The position numbers and the translations under genes are program-made. This document shows, piece by piece, positions 46,198-54,982 of a DNA stretch of 64,000 bases. The DNA is from an uncultured Gammaproteobacteria bacterium (GTDB lineage Bacteria; Pseudomonadota; Gammaproteobacteria; Natronospirales; JAJUFS01), in the NCBI GenBank assembly GCA_964599565.1, contig CAZRFE010000004.1, positions 3,680 to 67,679 on the forward strand. The letters run 5' to 3'. Position 1 is the stretch's first letter, and the number at the start of each line of letters is the position of its first letter. The notes under the pieces were generated by a model that was not told the origin of the DNA, ran no database searches, and was given only the letters and a program-made list of their open reading frames with translations.

Positions 46198-47595
46198 TCA
46201 TTCCACCGGTGCTGCGTTCTGCTCGCCGGTGGCTGACCACTTCGTGTCACCGGCAAGAAACGACGGGCGCTCGCCGATCGTGTTCATTGCGGCTTCAACG
46301 GCGGCGCGCACGTCGATGTAACCGGCGCCGACTTCATGGAATGCATAGCCCGGCATCGGTTGCGCGGAAGCCATGATGATTTCCTCGACCTGGTCGGGCG
46401 ACAGATCCGGGTTCGCTTCCAGCAACAGCGCGGTGACGCCGGCAACGAACGGCGTTGCCATGCTGGTGCCGCTCATGCTCGCGTAATACACGTGGTACAG
46501 CGGATGCGAGAGATCGAGCACCGGGCCGAGAATCGGCAGCGGCGTATTCAGTGCACGCGTCGAAACAATGCCGTCGCCGGGCGCGGTGATGTCGGGATGC
46601 TTGTAGAAATCGTTCGCGACGCCGCGGCTTGAGAAATCGGCGAGCTGTTTCCCGGCGTTGCCGGCGGCCACGTTGATGACCCAGGGCGCGATCGCGTACT
46701 GGTTGAGCGTGTTTTCATCCGGTCCCGAATTCGACGCGGCGAACGTGACGATCATGCCGCGACGATAGGCTTCGTAGGACGCCTGGTTGATCGGGTCGTT
46801 CGGATCGAACGCGGTACCGTCACCGCCGCCCCACGAATTCGTGATGACGTCGATGCTGTAGCGGTCCTGGTTCTCGAGCGCGTACTCGAAACCGAGCAAC
46901 GCATGCAGGATCGCGATGCCCTCGCCCGCGCTGATGCCGACGATGTTCGCGGCAGGCGCAATGCCCGCATGGTAGTTCGCGCGACGTTCATCGTTCGCGG
47001 ACGCAGCACCGCTGCCCGCAACCGTGCCGGAAACATGCGTGCCATGGCCGCTGCTCGTATCGGAGTTCAGCTGGCCTTCCAGGTAAAGCGGCGGCAGGCC
47101 GAGCAGTCCGAGATCGCCGATGATCTTGACGTTCTGCACGGTCTTGCTGCCGAGCGCGAGATCGGGATGCGTTGCATCGGTGCCGGAATCGAGCACCGCG
47201 ACGGTCACACCCGCGCCCTTCACGCCGTAGTTGTCGTGCACGTAGTGACCGCCGGTGATCTCGCCTGACGTGAAGTTGTAGTACTCGAGATCGGCGTTGT
47301 AATAGATGCTCTCGACGCTGTCCCACTGGCGGACTGCATTGATCTGCGATTCGCTCAGGACGGCCGCGGCCATGGACAGGTTGTCCAGCCGGATGATGCC
47401 CGGGCCGATCTCGTCGAGCAGGAACTGGAGACCCGAAGGGTCGTTGAAGGTGATGATGACCTGCTGGGGTTCGTGCGTCGTGAGCAGGCGCTGCGCAAGC
47501 TTCGGGTCCAGCAAGCCGTCGGCGTCCGCCGGGACCGCCATGATCGCGGCCAGGAGAACGAAGCCGAACACGCTTTTCCAGATCGTCTGACGCAT
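46198..47595 (-). CDS. secreted subtilisin-like serine protease (peptidase S8)
   Basis: 465 aa. Signal peptide. Catalytic triad motifs VAVLDSGTD, SGHGTHVSGT, SGTSMATPFVAG. Confidence 0.9.
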   Translation of the reverse strand: MRQTIWKSVFGFVLLAAIMAVPADADGLLDPKLAQRLLTTHEPQQVIITFNDPSGLQFLLDEIGPGIIRLDNLSMAAAVLSESQINAVRQWDSVESIYYNADLEYYNFTSGEITGGHYVHDNYGVKGAGVTVAVLDSGTDATHPDLALGSKTVQNVKIIGDLGLLGLPPLYLEGQLNSDTSSGHGTHVSGTVAGSGAASANDERRANYHAGIAPAANIVGISAGEGIAILHALLGFEYALENQDRYSIDVITNSWGGGDGTAFDPNDPINQASYEAYRRGMIVTFAASNSGPDENTLNQYAIAPWVINVAAGNAGKQLADFSSRGVANDFYKHPDITAPGDGIVSTRALNTPLPILGPVLDLSHPLYHVYYASMSGTSMATPFVAGVTALLLEANPDLSPDQVEEIIMASAQPMPGYAFHEVGAGYIDVRAAVEAAMNTIGERPSFLAGDTKWSATGEQNAAPVE

Positions 47596-47756
47596 GTCGT
47601 CACCATCACTGCAACAAGTGAGGTGACAGCTTCACGGTCGGTGAGGGGTAATTGAATCAGTCAATTCGTGTATGTGAGCGTCCCAATTCTAGGTGAGATG
47701 CGCCAATTTCATGACATAACGCGAGGGTGAGGACGATTGCCCCGTGTGGCACCAAT

Positions 47757-47790
47757 AAAAAAAGCCGCGCGGCACGGCCGCGCGGCTTTT
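47757..47790 (-). terminator. rho-independent terminator after the small repeat-peptide gene
   Basis: 9-bp GC stem GCCGCGCGG/CCGCGCGGC. The minus strand is followed by a 7-T tract. Confidence 0.75.
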
Positions 47791-47805
47791 GTCGGCTTGC
47801 GTGGA

Positions 47806-48057
47806 TCAGAGGCGGAGCAGCAGCTGGTTCCACCAGAACAGCAGCATCTCGATCGCGTTGCTGGCGCCCGTTTCCGTATCCGTCAACGGTGTTCCAGTGC
47901 CGATCTCCGCATTCTGCGTTGCCGGTGTGCCGGTGCCGATTTCCGCCATCGTCGTCTGTGCAGGTGCAGGCTCGCCGGTGCCAATCTCCGCGGACAGCGC
48001 CAGCGGCGATGTAAGAAGCAGAAACAGCGCAGTAATAGTGAGTTTTTTCATGTTCAT
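47806..48057 (-). CDS. small secreted protein (83 aa) with three AEIGTG(E/T)P repeats and a hydrophobic C-terminal tail
   Basis: Signal peptide MNMKKLTITALFLLLTSPLALSA. Repeats AEIGTGEPA / AEIGTGTPA / AEIGTGTPL. RBS GGAGGG upstream and its own terminator downstream. Confidence 0.6.
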   Translation of the reverse strand: MNMKKLTITALFLLLTSPLALSAEIGTGEPAPAQTTMAEIGTGTPATQNAEIGTGTPLTDTETGASNAIEMLLFWWNQLLLRL

Positions 48058-48145
48058 TTCATCACCCTCCGCGGGGGGCTTGGGATGAGCCGTGAGTATG
48101 GCTCATTTTTGTATAAGTTCATCCCAATTTTAATAATTTTGTGAG

Positions 48146-48168
48146 TAAAAACACCTTTTTGGGTGTTT
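48146..48168 (-). terminator. possible weak terminator hairpin after 48200..49027
   Basis: AAACACC-N6-GGTGTTT hairpin. The T-tail is partly inside the stem, so this is weak. Confidence 0.35.
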
Positions 48169-48199
48169 CTACCAACGCTCAAAATCTTCTTAACGTAAG

Positions 48200-49027
48200 T
48201 CAATCCTCGAAGTAATACATGCCAATACCTACCTCGCGATATTCCTGGTCAGGCCTCGGCTTGGCGTGCGCCATGCGCGCCAGGGCCTGGTCCAGGGTCC
48301 GTCCCGCTTCGACCGCATGCTCGGAGATCAGCTGCTTGGCATCCCCCACCTTCTCGATGGGAATCGCGTGCTGCCACCAGACGCGCTGCAGGCGGCGCTC
48401 GGATCCCATCACGTGGCTGACGTTGAAATCCAGCGTCTCACCGAGGCGCTGCAGGGCGAATCCCGCGATTCGCAGGGCCTCTTCCGGCGTCGATACAGGA
48501 CCGTAGGCGCGGTTGACGACGATCGCGCGCCCCGCGTCGTCCATGCTCACGCAGCCGGAGCGGATCAGTTCGTCCAGCACGGTCCGCGTGGTGAGGTCGC
48601 CGCTGTACAACTGCACCAGCCGCTCGAAGCTTGCGATCTTGCCTTTCGCCTCGATGTGCAGCGGCGCGGGCGCCCCGTTCTCGTGGAATCGCTGGTCTGC
48701 GACCCAGCCGGCGAGCACGCGCGCGGCGCGATTCTGCTGGTCGGTGAGGATCGCCTCGTCGGGCGAGTCGATCTTGCTCAGACGGTTCACTTCCTTGCGC
48801 GAGAGCCCGGACAGCAAGGCGGCACGCGCGCCGAACGGCTTGCGGCGATGCCAGAACTCCTTGCGGTTGTAGAACTCGTCGACATAAAGCCAGCGAACGA
48901 GATCGTTGACTTCGTTCGCGGAAATACCGAGTCGCAGCAGGATGCGCACAATGGGGCGCAGCACTTTCGCCGCAAACCGGATGGCAATCGGGAACTGCGC
49001 AATGCGCGGGGCAAGTTGGGTGCTCAT
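48200..49027 (-). CDS. hypothetical protein (275 aa), no family recognised
   Basis: A long ORF with GC3-rich codon usage on the same strand as the S8/peptide genes. I see no TM or signal peptide. Confidence 0.65.
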   Translation of the reverse strand: MSTQLAPRIAQFPIAIRFAAKVLRPIVRILLRLGISANEVNDLVRWLYVDEFYNRKEFWHRRKPFGARAALLSGLSRKEVNRLSKIDSPDEAILTDQQNRAARVLAGWVADQRFHENGAPAPLHIEAKGKIASFERLVQLYSGDLTTRTVLDELIRSGCVSMDDAGRAIVVNRAYGPVSTPEEALRIAGFALQRLGETLDFNVSHVMGSERRLQRVWWQHAIPIEKVGDAKQLISEHAVEAGRTLDQALARMAHAKPRPDQEYREVGIGMYYFED

Positions 49028-49328
49028 GCAGTGTCGACCTCTTGGCAGTCGGACTTGATTTGGTACGCCCTACCCTAAAGACGTACTGTCGCCAATTCTG
49101 GGCTAAAAATTGTCCACGTCCAGTGTTTTTTTGTCCTGTAGCGCCCCTGATTGTAGTTCTTTTGAGTACATATACCCTCAGGAAATCGCCCTTAAATCCC
49201 ATCTTTTTGTATTGCAAGGTTTTTTTTCCCATTCCGCCGGTGGTGACGCTCCGCGACGGTTGCAAGCGTGAAAACCGACTCCACCTTCCTTGAATGAAGC
49301 GCACCGGCCTTTAGATGAGGAGAAACCC

Positions 49329-50003
49329 ATGCCCCGTACTTCCCGCTCCCTGGTTGCCGTCGGTCTGTCGGCCATGCTCGCGACGGCCTGCAGCACGCTT
49401 GATCCGTATACCGGCGAAAAGGAAACCGCGAAAGCCGGCAAAGGAGCGGCCATCGGCGCGGTAGCGGGCGCAATCGTCGGCGCCGCGACAGGCGACAGCG
49501 CAAAGGAACGCCGCAAGCGCGCGCTCATCGGCGCGGGCGCGGGCGCACTGGCGGGCGGCTCCGTCGGCTATTACATGGACCGCCAGGAAGCGAAGCTTCG
49601 CGAGGAACTTAAAGGCACGGGCGTGAGCGTCACGCGCGACGGCGACGACATCGTCCTCAACATGCCCGGCAACATCACCTTCCAGACGGAGAGCGCGGCG
49701 CTCAACACCGATTTCTTCGATGTGCTGGATGCGGTCGCATCCGTGCTCGAGGAATACGAGAAGACGCTGGTCGTGATCGAAGGCCACACCGACAGTACTG
49801 GTGCCGATGAGTACAACCAGAAGCTGTCGGAACGCCGCGCGGCGGCCGTCGGCAAGTTCATGGACAGCAAGGGCATCACCACCGAACGCATGGTGATCAT
49901 CGGCCACGGCGAAGCGCAGCCGGTCGCCTCGAACGATACCGCGGAAGGCCGCGCGCAGAATCGTCGCGTGGAGCTGACGCTGGAGCCGTTGACGAAGGAA
50001 TGA
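49329..50003 (+). CDS. OmpA-family lipoprotein with a glycine-zipper region
   Basis: Lipobox LSAMLATACS. GAAIGAVAGAIVGAATG glycine zipper. OmpA_C motifs GHTDSTGADEYNQKLSERRA...NRRVEL. RBS GAGGAG before ATG 49329. Confidence 0.85.
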   Translation: MPRTSRSLVAVGLSAMLATACSTLDPYTGEKETAKAGKGAAIGAVAGAIVGAATGDSAKERRKRALIGAGAGALAGGSVGYYMDRQEAKLREELKGTGVSVTRDGDDIVLNMPGNITFQTESAALNTDFFDVLDAVASVLEEYEKTLVVIEGHTDSTGADEYNQKLSERRAAAVGKFMDSKGITTERMVIIGHGEAQPVASNDTAEGRAQNRRVELTLEPLTKE

Positions 50004-50101
50004 AACGGGCGGTGATGCGCATCACTGTCGCTCACTGATCGCTGACAGCCGATCCCTTATACTCGCGCTCCCGCTCGCACGCCTGGGGAGAGGGTTGCTG
50101 C

Positions 50102-51805
50102 ATGGAACACTTCGACTTCCACCGCGATGCCGAAGGCGAAGAATGGCTGAACGTCCCGTTGCGCGGCCGCGCGCTGCTGTGCCACCCGCTGTACAACAAG
50201 GGAACGGCGTTCGATGCGAACGAACGCGCCGCGTTCGCGCTGACGGGACTGCTGCCTGATCACGTCGCGAGCCTCGGCGAGCAGGAGCGCCGCGCGTACG
50301 AGCACATCACGCGCAAGGTCGACCCGCTGGAACGCTACATCGGCCTCGCGGCATTGCAGGATCGCAATGAAGTCCTGTTCTACCGCTTGCTGCAGAAACA
50401 CCTCGAGGAATTCCTGCCCATCGTCTACACGCCGACGGTCGGCGAAGCCTGCCAGAAATTCAGTCACATCTTCCGCCGCGGGCGCGGCGTGTGGATCACG
50501 CCGGCGCATCGCGGAAATATCGCAAACGTGCTGGAAACCGCGGCATTTCGCGATATCGCCCTCGTGGTTGCAACAGACTCAGAACGCATCCTCGGCCTTG
50601 GCGACCTCGGCGCGGGCGGCATGGGAATTCCCATCGGCAAGCTGGCGCTGTACACGGTCGGTGCGGGCATCCATCCGGCGCGCACGCTGCCGGTATGTCT
50701 CGACGTCGGCACGGACAACCGCGACCTGCTGAACGATCCGCTGTACATCGGCTGGCGGCAGCCACGCCTGCGCGGCGCAGACTATGACGCGCTGGTCGAG
50801 GAATTCGTGGAAGCGTTGCACGCGACGTTCCCCGGCGTGCTGCTGCAATGGGAAGACTTCAAGAAATCGAACGCATTCCGCCTGCTCGACCGTTACCGCG
50901 AACGCCTTCTTTCGTTCAACGACGACATCCAGGGCACTGCGTCCGTTGCGCTCGCCGGCGTCATCGCGGCGTCGCGCGCAACGTCCGTGCCGCTTGCGCA
51001 ACAGCGCATCGTGATACTTGGCGCGGGCGCAGCGGGCGTCGGCATCGCGCGACAGTTGCGCGACGCCCTGCAGCGCGAAGGTCTCGGCGCGGACGATGTT
51101 CGCCGTGCGATCGCCGTGCTCGATTCGCGCGGACTGCTCGTTGACGACCGCGCGCATGACGACGAACACAAGCGCGAATTTTCATGGCCTGTGTCCATAG
51201 CCGCCGCCGCGGGACTCACCGGCGAAAGCGATCTTTCCTCGGTGGTCGAGGCGCTCCATCCCACCGTGCTGATCGGCACATCCGGGCAACCCGGCGCGTT
51301 CGATGAACGCGCGGTTCGCGCCATGGCCGCAGGCGTTGCGCGGCCGGTGATCCTGCCCTTTTCCAACCCGACGAGTTTTTCCGAGGCAAGGCCCGCAGAC
51401 CTGCTGGAATGGACCGCGGGGCGCGCCCTGATCGCAACCGGCAGTCCGTTCGAGGCGGTGGAGTTTCGCGGCGAACGCCGCGAGTTCGGCCAGGGCAACA
51501 ACGTCTACATCTTTCCGGGCGTGGGTCTCGGCGCGCTCGCGGCGCGCGCAACGCGCATCGATGACCGGCTGTTCACGGTTGCGGCAGAGGCGCTGGCAGC
51601 GAACGTCAGCGAGGAATTCCTCGCCCGGGGCCGGCTCTTCCCCGCACTCTCGCACCTGCGCGAACTCAGCCGGAGCATCGCGGTCGCGGTCGCCATGGAG
51701 GCCGTGCGCCTGGGACATGCTCCCGCCGCGCCGCCCGAGGAACTGGTGAAGCGGGTCGATGCACTGGTATGGGAGCCGCGCTATCCGCGCCTGACAGCAA
51801 CGTAA
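50102..51805 (+). CDS. maeA: NAD-dependent malic enzyme
   Basis: 567 aa. LYNKGTAFD..., VYTPTVGEAC, VVATDSERILGLGDLG, FNDDIQGTA, ILGAGAAGVGIA. Confidence 0.9.
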   Translation: MEHFDFHRDAEGEEWLNVPLRGRALLCHPLYNKGTAFDANERAAFALTGLLPDHVASLGEQERRAYEHITRKVDPLERYIGLAALQDRNEVLFYRLLQKHLEEFLPIVYTPTVGEACQKFSHIFRRGRGVWITPAHRGNIANVLETAAFRDIALVVATDSERILGLGDLGAGGMGIPIGKLALYTVGAGIHPARTLPVCLDVGTDNRDLLNDPLYIGWRQPRLRGADYDALVEEFVEALHATFPGVLLQWEDFKKSNAFRLLDRYRERLLSFNDDIQGTASVALAGVIAASRATSVPLAQQRIVILGAGAAGVGIARQLRDALQREGLGADDVRRAIAVLDSRGLLVDDRAHDDEHKREFSWPVSIAAAAGLTGESDLSSVVEALHPTVLIGTSGQPGAFDERAVRAMAAGVARPVILPFSNPTSFSEARPADLLEWTAGRALIATGSPFEAVEFRGERREFGQGNNVYIFPGVGLGALAARATRIDDRLFTVAAEALAANVSEEFLARGRLFPALSHLRELSRSIAVAVAMEAVRLGHAPAAPPEELVKRVDALVWEPRYPRLTAT

Positions 51806-51834
51806 TGTCATTTATAAGTTAATCTTGCAACCCT

Positions 51835-52320
51835 TTGATAATGAATGAATTGAACTACGAAGGCACGCTCGCGCTCGCCGATGGATACCGCGTCATCGTC
51901 CTCAGCGTCGGAAGTGTCGACCGTTGCTATCCCATCGGGCCGAACGGGCATCCGCTCGCGCGCACCGGCTATCCATCCATCGACGAGGCCAAGCAGCGGA
52001 TCGCGGAATTCCGCGCCGCGGGACACTCGCCGGATGTGGACCGCCTGCCGCCGAGCGCGTTGCCGCCGGATCGCCGCCTGCCGCTGGAACCCCTGATGGA
52101 CACCGTCATGCGCGTCGAGATCCGCGGCATCTACGTGGCGCTGCTCGGCATCGTGCTCGGCGGCGATGCGGTGATGTGGATACTCGAACTGCCCTCCCGC
52201 CACAACACGCGCACAAGCAAGATCTACCGCGAGGAATCCGCGGCGGTTGAAGCCTACGAAGCGCTGTGCGTCGAACTCTCCCACAAGTACATCACCCAGC
52301 ATCTCGACGACGGCGCGTGA
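51835..52320 (+). CDS. hypothetical protein (161 aa) with one predicted TM
   Basis: GC3-rich frame; I recognise no motif. The antisense ORF 51808..52329 is judged spurious. Confidence 0.5.
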   Translation: MIMNELNYEGTLALADGYRVIVLSVGSVDRCYPIGPNGHPLARTGYPSIDEAKQRIAEFRAAGHSPDVDRLPPSALPPDRRLPLEPLMDTVMRVEIRGIYVALLGIVLGGDAVMWILELPSRHNTRTSKIYREESAAVEAYEALCVELSHKYITQHLDDGA

Positions 52321-52414
52321 TGCGCGCAACTCGACGCGTACAGCGCGCTATGTCAGGATTGGCCCGCCGCGGCGCGGCATACGTTCATGCATGGAATCTG
52401 GCGGGGGGCCGGAA

Positions 52415-52792
52415 ATGTCTAAGGAACGCAGGGATTTTCCGCGCATCGAAACCGAGCACTCGGTGGAAGTGATCGACGCGGACGGCGGCGTGTTTCCAAC
52501 GCTCGCCCTCGATCTTTCACTGACCGGCATGCAACTGCTCTGCGACGGGCCAACCGCGGAACGTATCGCGCCGGGCGGTGTCACAGACCAGGACGCGCCG
52601 CGCGAATTCGACGTCCGCCTCGGCATCCGCCTGCGCGACACCGGCCGTCGCCGGCTTCGCATCCGTTGCCAGGTGATGAGCGTACGCACGGCGCAGGCCG
52701 ACGACTTCCGCATCGGCGTTCGGTTCATCCGTTTTGAAAACGACAGCTACCACGCGCTCGAAGCCTATATTGATGAGTCGCTGCCCGATTGA
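52415..52792 (+). CDS. PilZ-domain protein (c-di-GMP receptor), paralog 1
   Basis: 125 aa from ATG 52415. RRDFPR (RxxxR) and DLSLTG ([D/N]xSxxG) motifs. Confidence 0.75.
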   Translation: MSKERRDFPRIETEHSVEVIDADGGVFPTLALDLSLTGMQLLCDGPTAERIAPGGVTDQDAPREFDVRLGIRLRDTGRRRLRIRCQVMSVRTAQADDFRIGVRFIRFENDSYHALEAYIDESLPD

Positions 52793-52842
52793 ATGACGGC
52801 GCCCCGCGCCGTCCTGATCCCCACATGCAACCGGAATACGCC

Positions 52843-54435
52843 ATGAAACACGTCCCGGCGCGCCTGCCGCTCCTGCTCCTCCTGCTTTTTTTCACGAACA
52901 TCGCCAGCGCCGCCATTCCTGCAGCGCCGGATCGCGACGAAGGCGAAGGCCCGTACAAGCGGCTGATCCTGCGCGGCGGCATCCTCGTTGACGGCACCGG
53001 CGCACCGCCGCGCGGCCCGGTCGACATCGTCATCGAAGGCGATCGCATCACCAGCATCAAGATGGTCGGTTATCCGAAGGTGCCGATCGATCCCGCCGAT
53101 CGTCCCACGGCAGGGCCAGGCGACCGCGAACTGGATGTCAGCGGCATGTATGTGCTGCCGGGTTTCATCGACATGCACGGTCACATCGGCGGCATGGAAC
53201 AGGGCACGCCCGCCGAATACGTCTTCAAGCTGTGGATGGGTCACGGCATCACGACGATCCGCGACCCCGGCAGCGGCAACGGTCTTGACTGGGTGCTGGA
53301 GCACAAGCGGAAAAGCGCCGCGAATGAAATCACCGCGCCGCGCATCGAGGCGTACACGTTCTTCGGCCAGGGTCATGCAGGACCGATACGCACGCCGGAA
53401 CAGGCGCGCGAGTGGATGCGCCGGCAGGCGCGCGCCGGCGCCGATGGCGTGAAACTGTTCGGCGCGCCGCCGGACGTATTGCGTGCCGCACTCGATGAAG
53501 CGCGCACGCTTGGCCTGCGCACGGCAATGCATAACGCGCAGCTCGATGTCGCGCGCGCCAACGCGCTCGATGCTGCGCGCTGGGGCCTGACGACGATGGA
53601 ACACTGGTACGGACTGCCGGAGGCAATGTTCGAAGACCGCACCGTCCAGGACTACCCCGCGAACTACAACTACTACGACGAACAGCATCGCTTCACCGAA
53701 GCGGGCAAGCTCTGGGCGCAGGCAGCTGCACCCGGCAGCGCGAAATGGAACGCCGTGCGCGATGAAATGATCTCGCTGGATTTCACGCTCAACCCCACGT
53801 TCACCATCTACGAGGCAAGCCGCGATCTCATGGCCGCGCGCCGTGCGGAATGGCACGACGAATACACGCTGCCCTCGCTGTGGGCGTTCTTCCAGCCGGA
53901 CCGGAAATCGCACGGTTCGTACTGGTTCGACTGGAGCACGGCGGATGAAATTGCATGGAAGGAAAACTACCGGCGCTGGATGCGCTTCGTGAAGGACTAC
54001 AACGACCACGGCGGCCGCGTGACGACCGGCTCGGATTCCGGCTACATCTTCAAGATCTACGGATTCGGTTACATCGAGGAACTTGAACTGCTGCAGGAAG
54101 CCGGCCTGCATCCGCTGGAAGTCGTGCGCGCCGCGACGCTCAACGGCGCGCAGGCGCTCGGTCTCGACAAGGACATCGGTTCCATCGAGCCCGGCAAGTT
54201 CGCCGACCTTGTCGTCGTGCCTGCGAACCCGCTCGCGAACTTCAAGGTGCTCTACGGCACCGGTGCGATTCGCGTCACCGACGACAACAAGGTTGTGCGC
54301 GTCGGCGGCGTGCGCTGGACGATCAAGGACGGCATTGTCTATGACGCACCTGCACTGCTCGAAGACGTGCGCGAAATTGTCGCTGCCGCAAAGCAGGCAG
54401 AGGGCGTGAAGGAGCTCCGCCAGCCGGGAAGGTGA
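52843..54435 (+). CDS. exported metal-dependent amidohydrolase-superfamily protein
   Basis: Signal peptide MKHVPARLPLLLLLLFFTNIASA. GFIDMHGHIGG (HxH metal site), C-terminal TGSDSG and GSIEPGKFADLVV. Confidence 0.8.
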   Translation: MKHVPARLPLLLLLLFFTNIASAAIPAAPDRDEGEGPYKRLILRGGILVDGTGAPPRGPVDIVIEGDRITSIKMVGYPKVPIDPADRPTAGPGDRELDVSGMYVLPGFIDMHGHIGGMEQGTPAEYVFKLWMGHGITTIRDPGSGNGLDWVLEHKRKSAANEITAPRIEAYTFFGQGHAGPIRTPEQAREWMRRQARAGADGVKLFGAPPDVLRAALDEARTLGLRTAMHNAQLDVARANALDAARWGLTTMEHWYGLPEAMFEDRTVQDYPANYNYYDEQHRFTEAGKLWAQAAAPGSAKWNAVRDEMISLDFTLNPTFTIYEASRDLMAARRAEWHDEYTLPSLWAFFQPDRKSHGSYWFDWSTADEIAWKENYRRWMRFVKDYNDHGGRVTTGSDSGYIFKIYGFGYIEELELLQEAGLHPLEVVRAATLNGAQALGLDKDIGSIEPGKFADLVVVPANPLANFKVLYGTGAIRVTDDNKVVRVGGVRWTIKDGIVYDAPALLEDVREIVAAAKQAEGVKELRQPGR

Positions 54436-54557
54436 TCGGTACACGCTCCCCTGCCTTCGCTTTATACTCGGCATCCTCCACGACGGCAGGACGCAGTCGT
54501 ACTGTCCCGCCGCGCACGACGGCGGACCCGACACTACAAGAAACAGGGGACAGGCTG

Positions 54558-54959
54558 GTGGTGAGCACGAAGTCGACAGCCGAACGCCGGCTTTACAAGC
54601 GATTCGAAACGGACATTCCCGTCGAAGTGCTTGCCGAAGGCGGCGACGTTTTTGAAGCGCGCTGCCTCAACATCTCGCTGGCGGGCATGCAGCTCCGCTG
54701 CGATCGCGAAACCGTCCAGGGCATCGCGCCGAAAGGTGAGAAGACCACGCCGGACCAGTCGCCCGTCGCGCGCATCCGCTTCGAACTGCCGCGCGCGGGC
54801 GATGCGCATCCTGTCGAAGCGGACTGCCGCATCGTGCTCGTACGGCGCGTGTCGGAACGCGAATACCACGTACACATGCAGTATGAATTCTTCCAGGGCA
54901 ACGGCTACAACGAGCTGGAGGATTTCGTCGACGCCATGCTCGAACATTCGCCGCTGTGA
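54558..54959 (+). CDS. PilZ-domain protein (c-di-GMP receptor), paralog 2
   Basis: GTG start (54558 or 54561). RRLYKR and NISLAG motifs. Shares the CD..T...IAP.G insertion with paralog 1. Confidence 0.7.
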   Translation: MVSTKSTAERRLYKRFETDIPVEVLAEGGDVFEARCLNISLAGMQLRCDRETVQGIAPKGEKTTPDQSPVARIRFELPRAGDAHPVEADCRIVLVRRVSEREYHVHMQYEFFQGNGYNELEDFVDAMLEHSPL

Positions 54960-54982
54960 TTCCCGGCAACAAGGAGAAAACC

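Noticed and set aside
47806-48057. The small secreted peptide as a PEP-CTERM exosortase substrate, which would match the EPS locus type.
   Set aside because: There is no Pro-Glu-Pro motif. The hydrophobic tail is only ~12 aa and ends in a single Arg rather than a TM helix followed by a basic cluster.
50012-50025. A perfect 14-bp palindrome GTGATGCGCATCAC, 9 nt after the OmpA-lipoprotein stop.
   Set aside because: It could be a short hairpin or an operator, but there is no T-tract for an intrinsic terminator and no second copy in the window, so there is too little to call a feature.
51808-52329. A minus-strand 173-aa ORF overlapping the 161-aa plus-strand hypothetical gene.
   Set aside because: The plus-strand frame shows the GC3-rich codon pattern of the real genes here. 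The minus-strand translation is Arg/Ala/His-rich and lies between convergent plus-strand genes.
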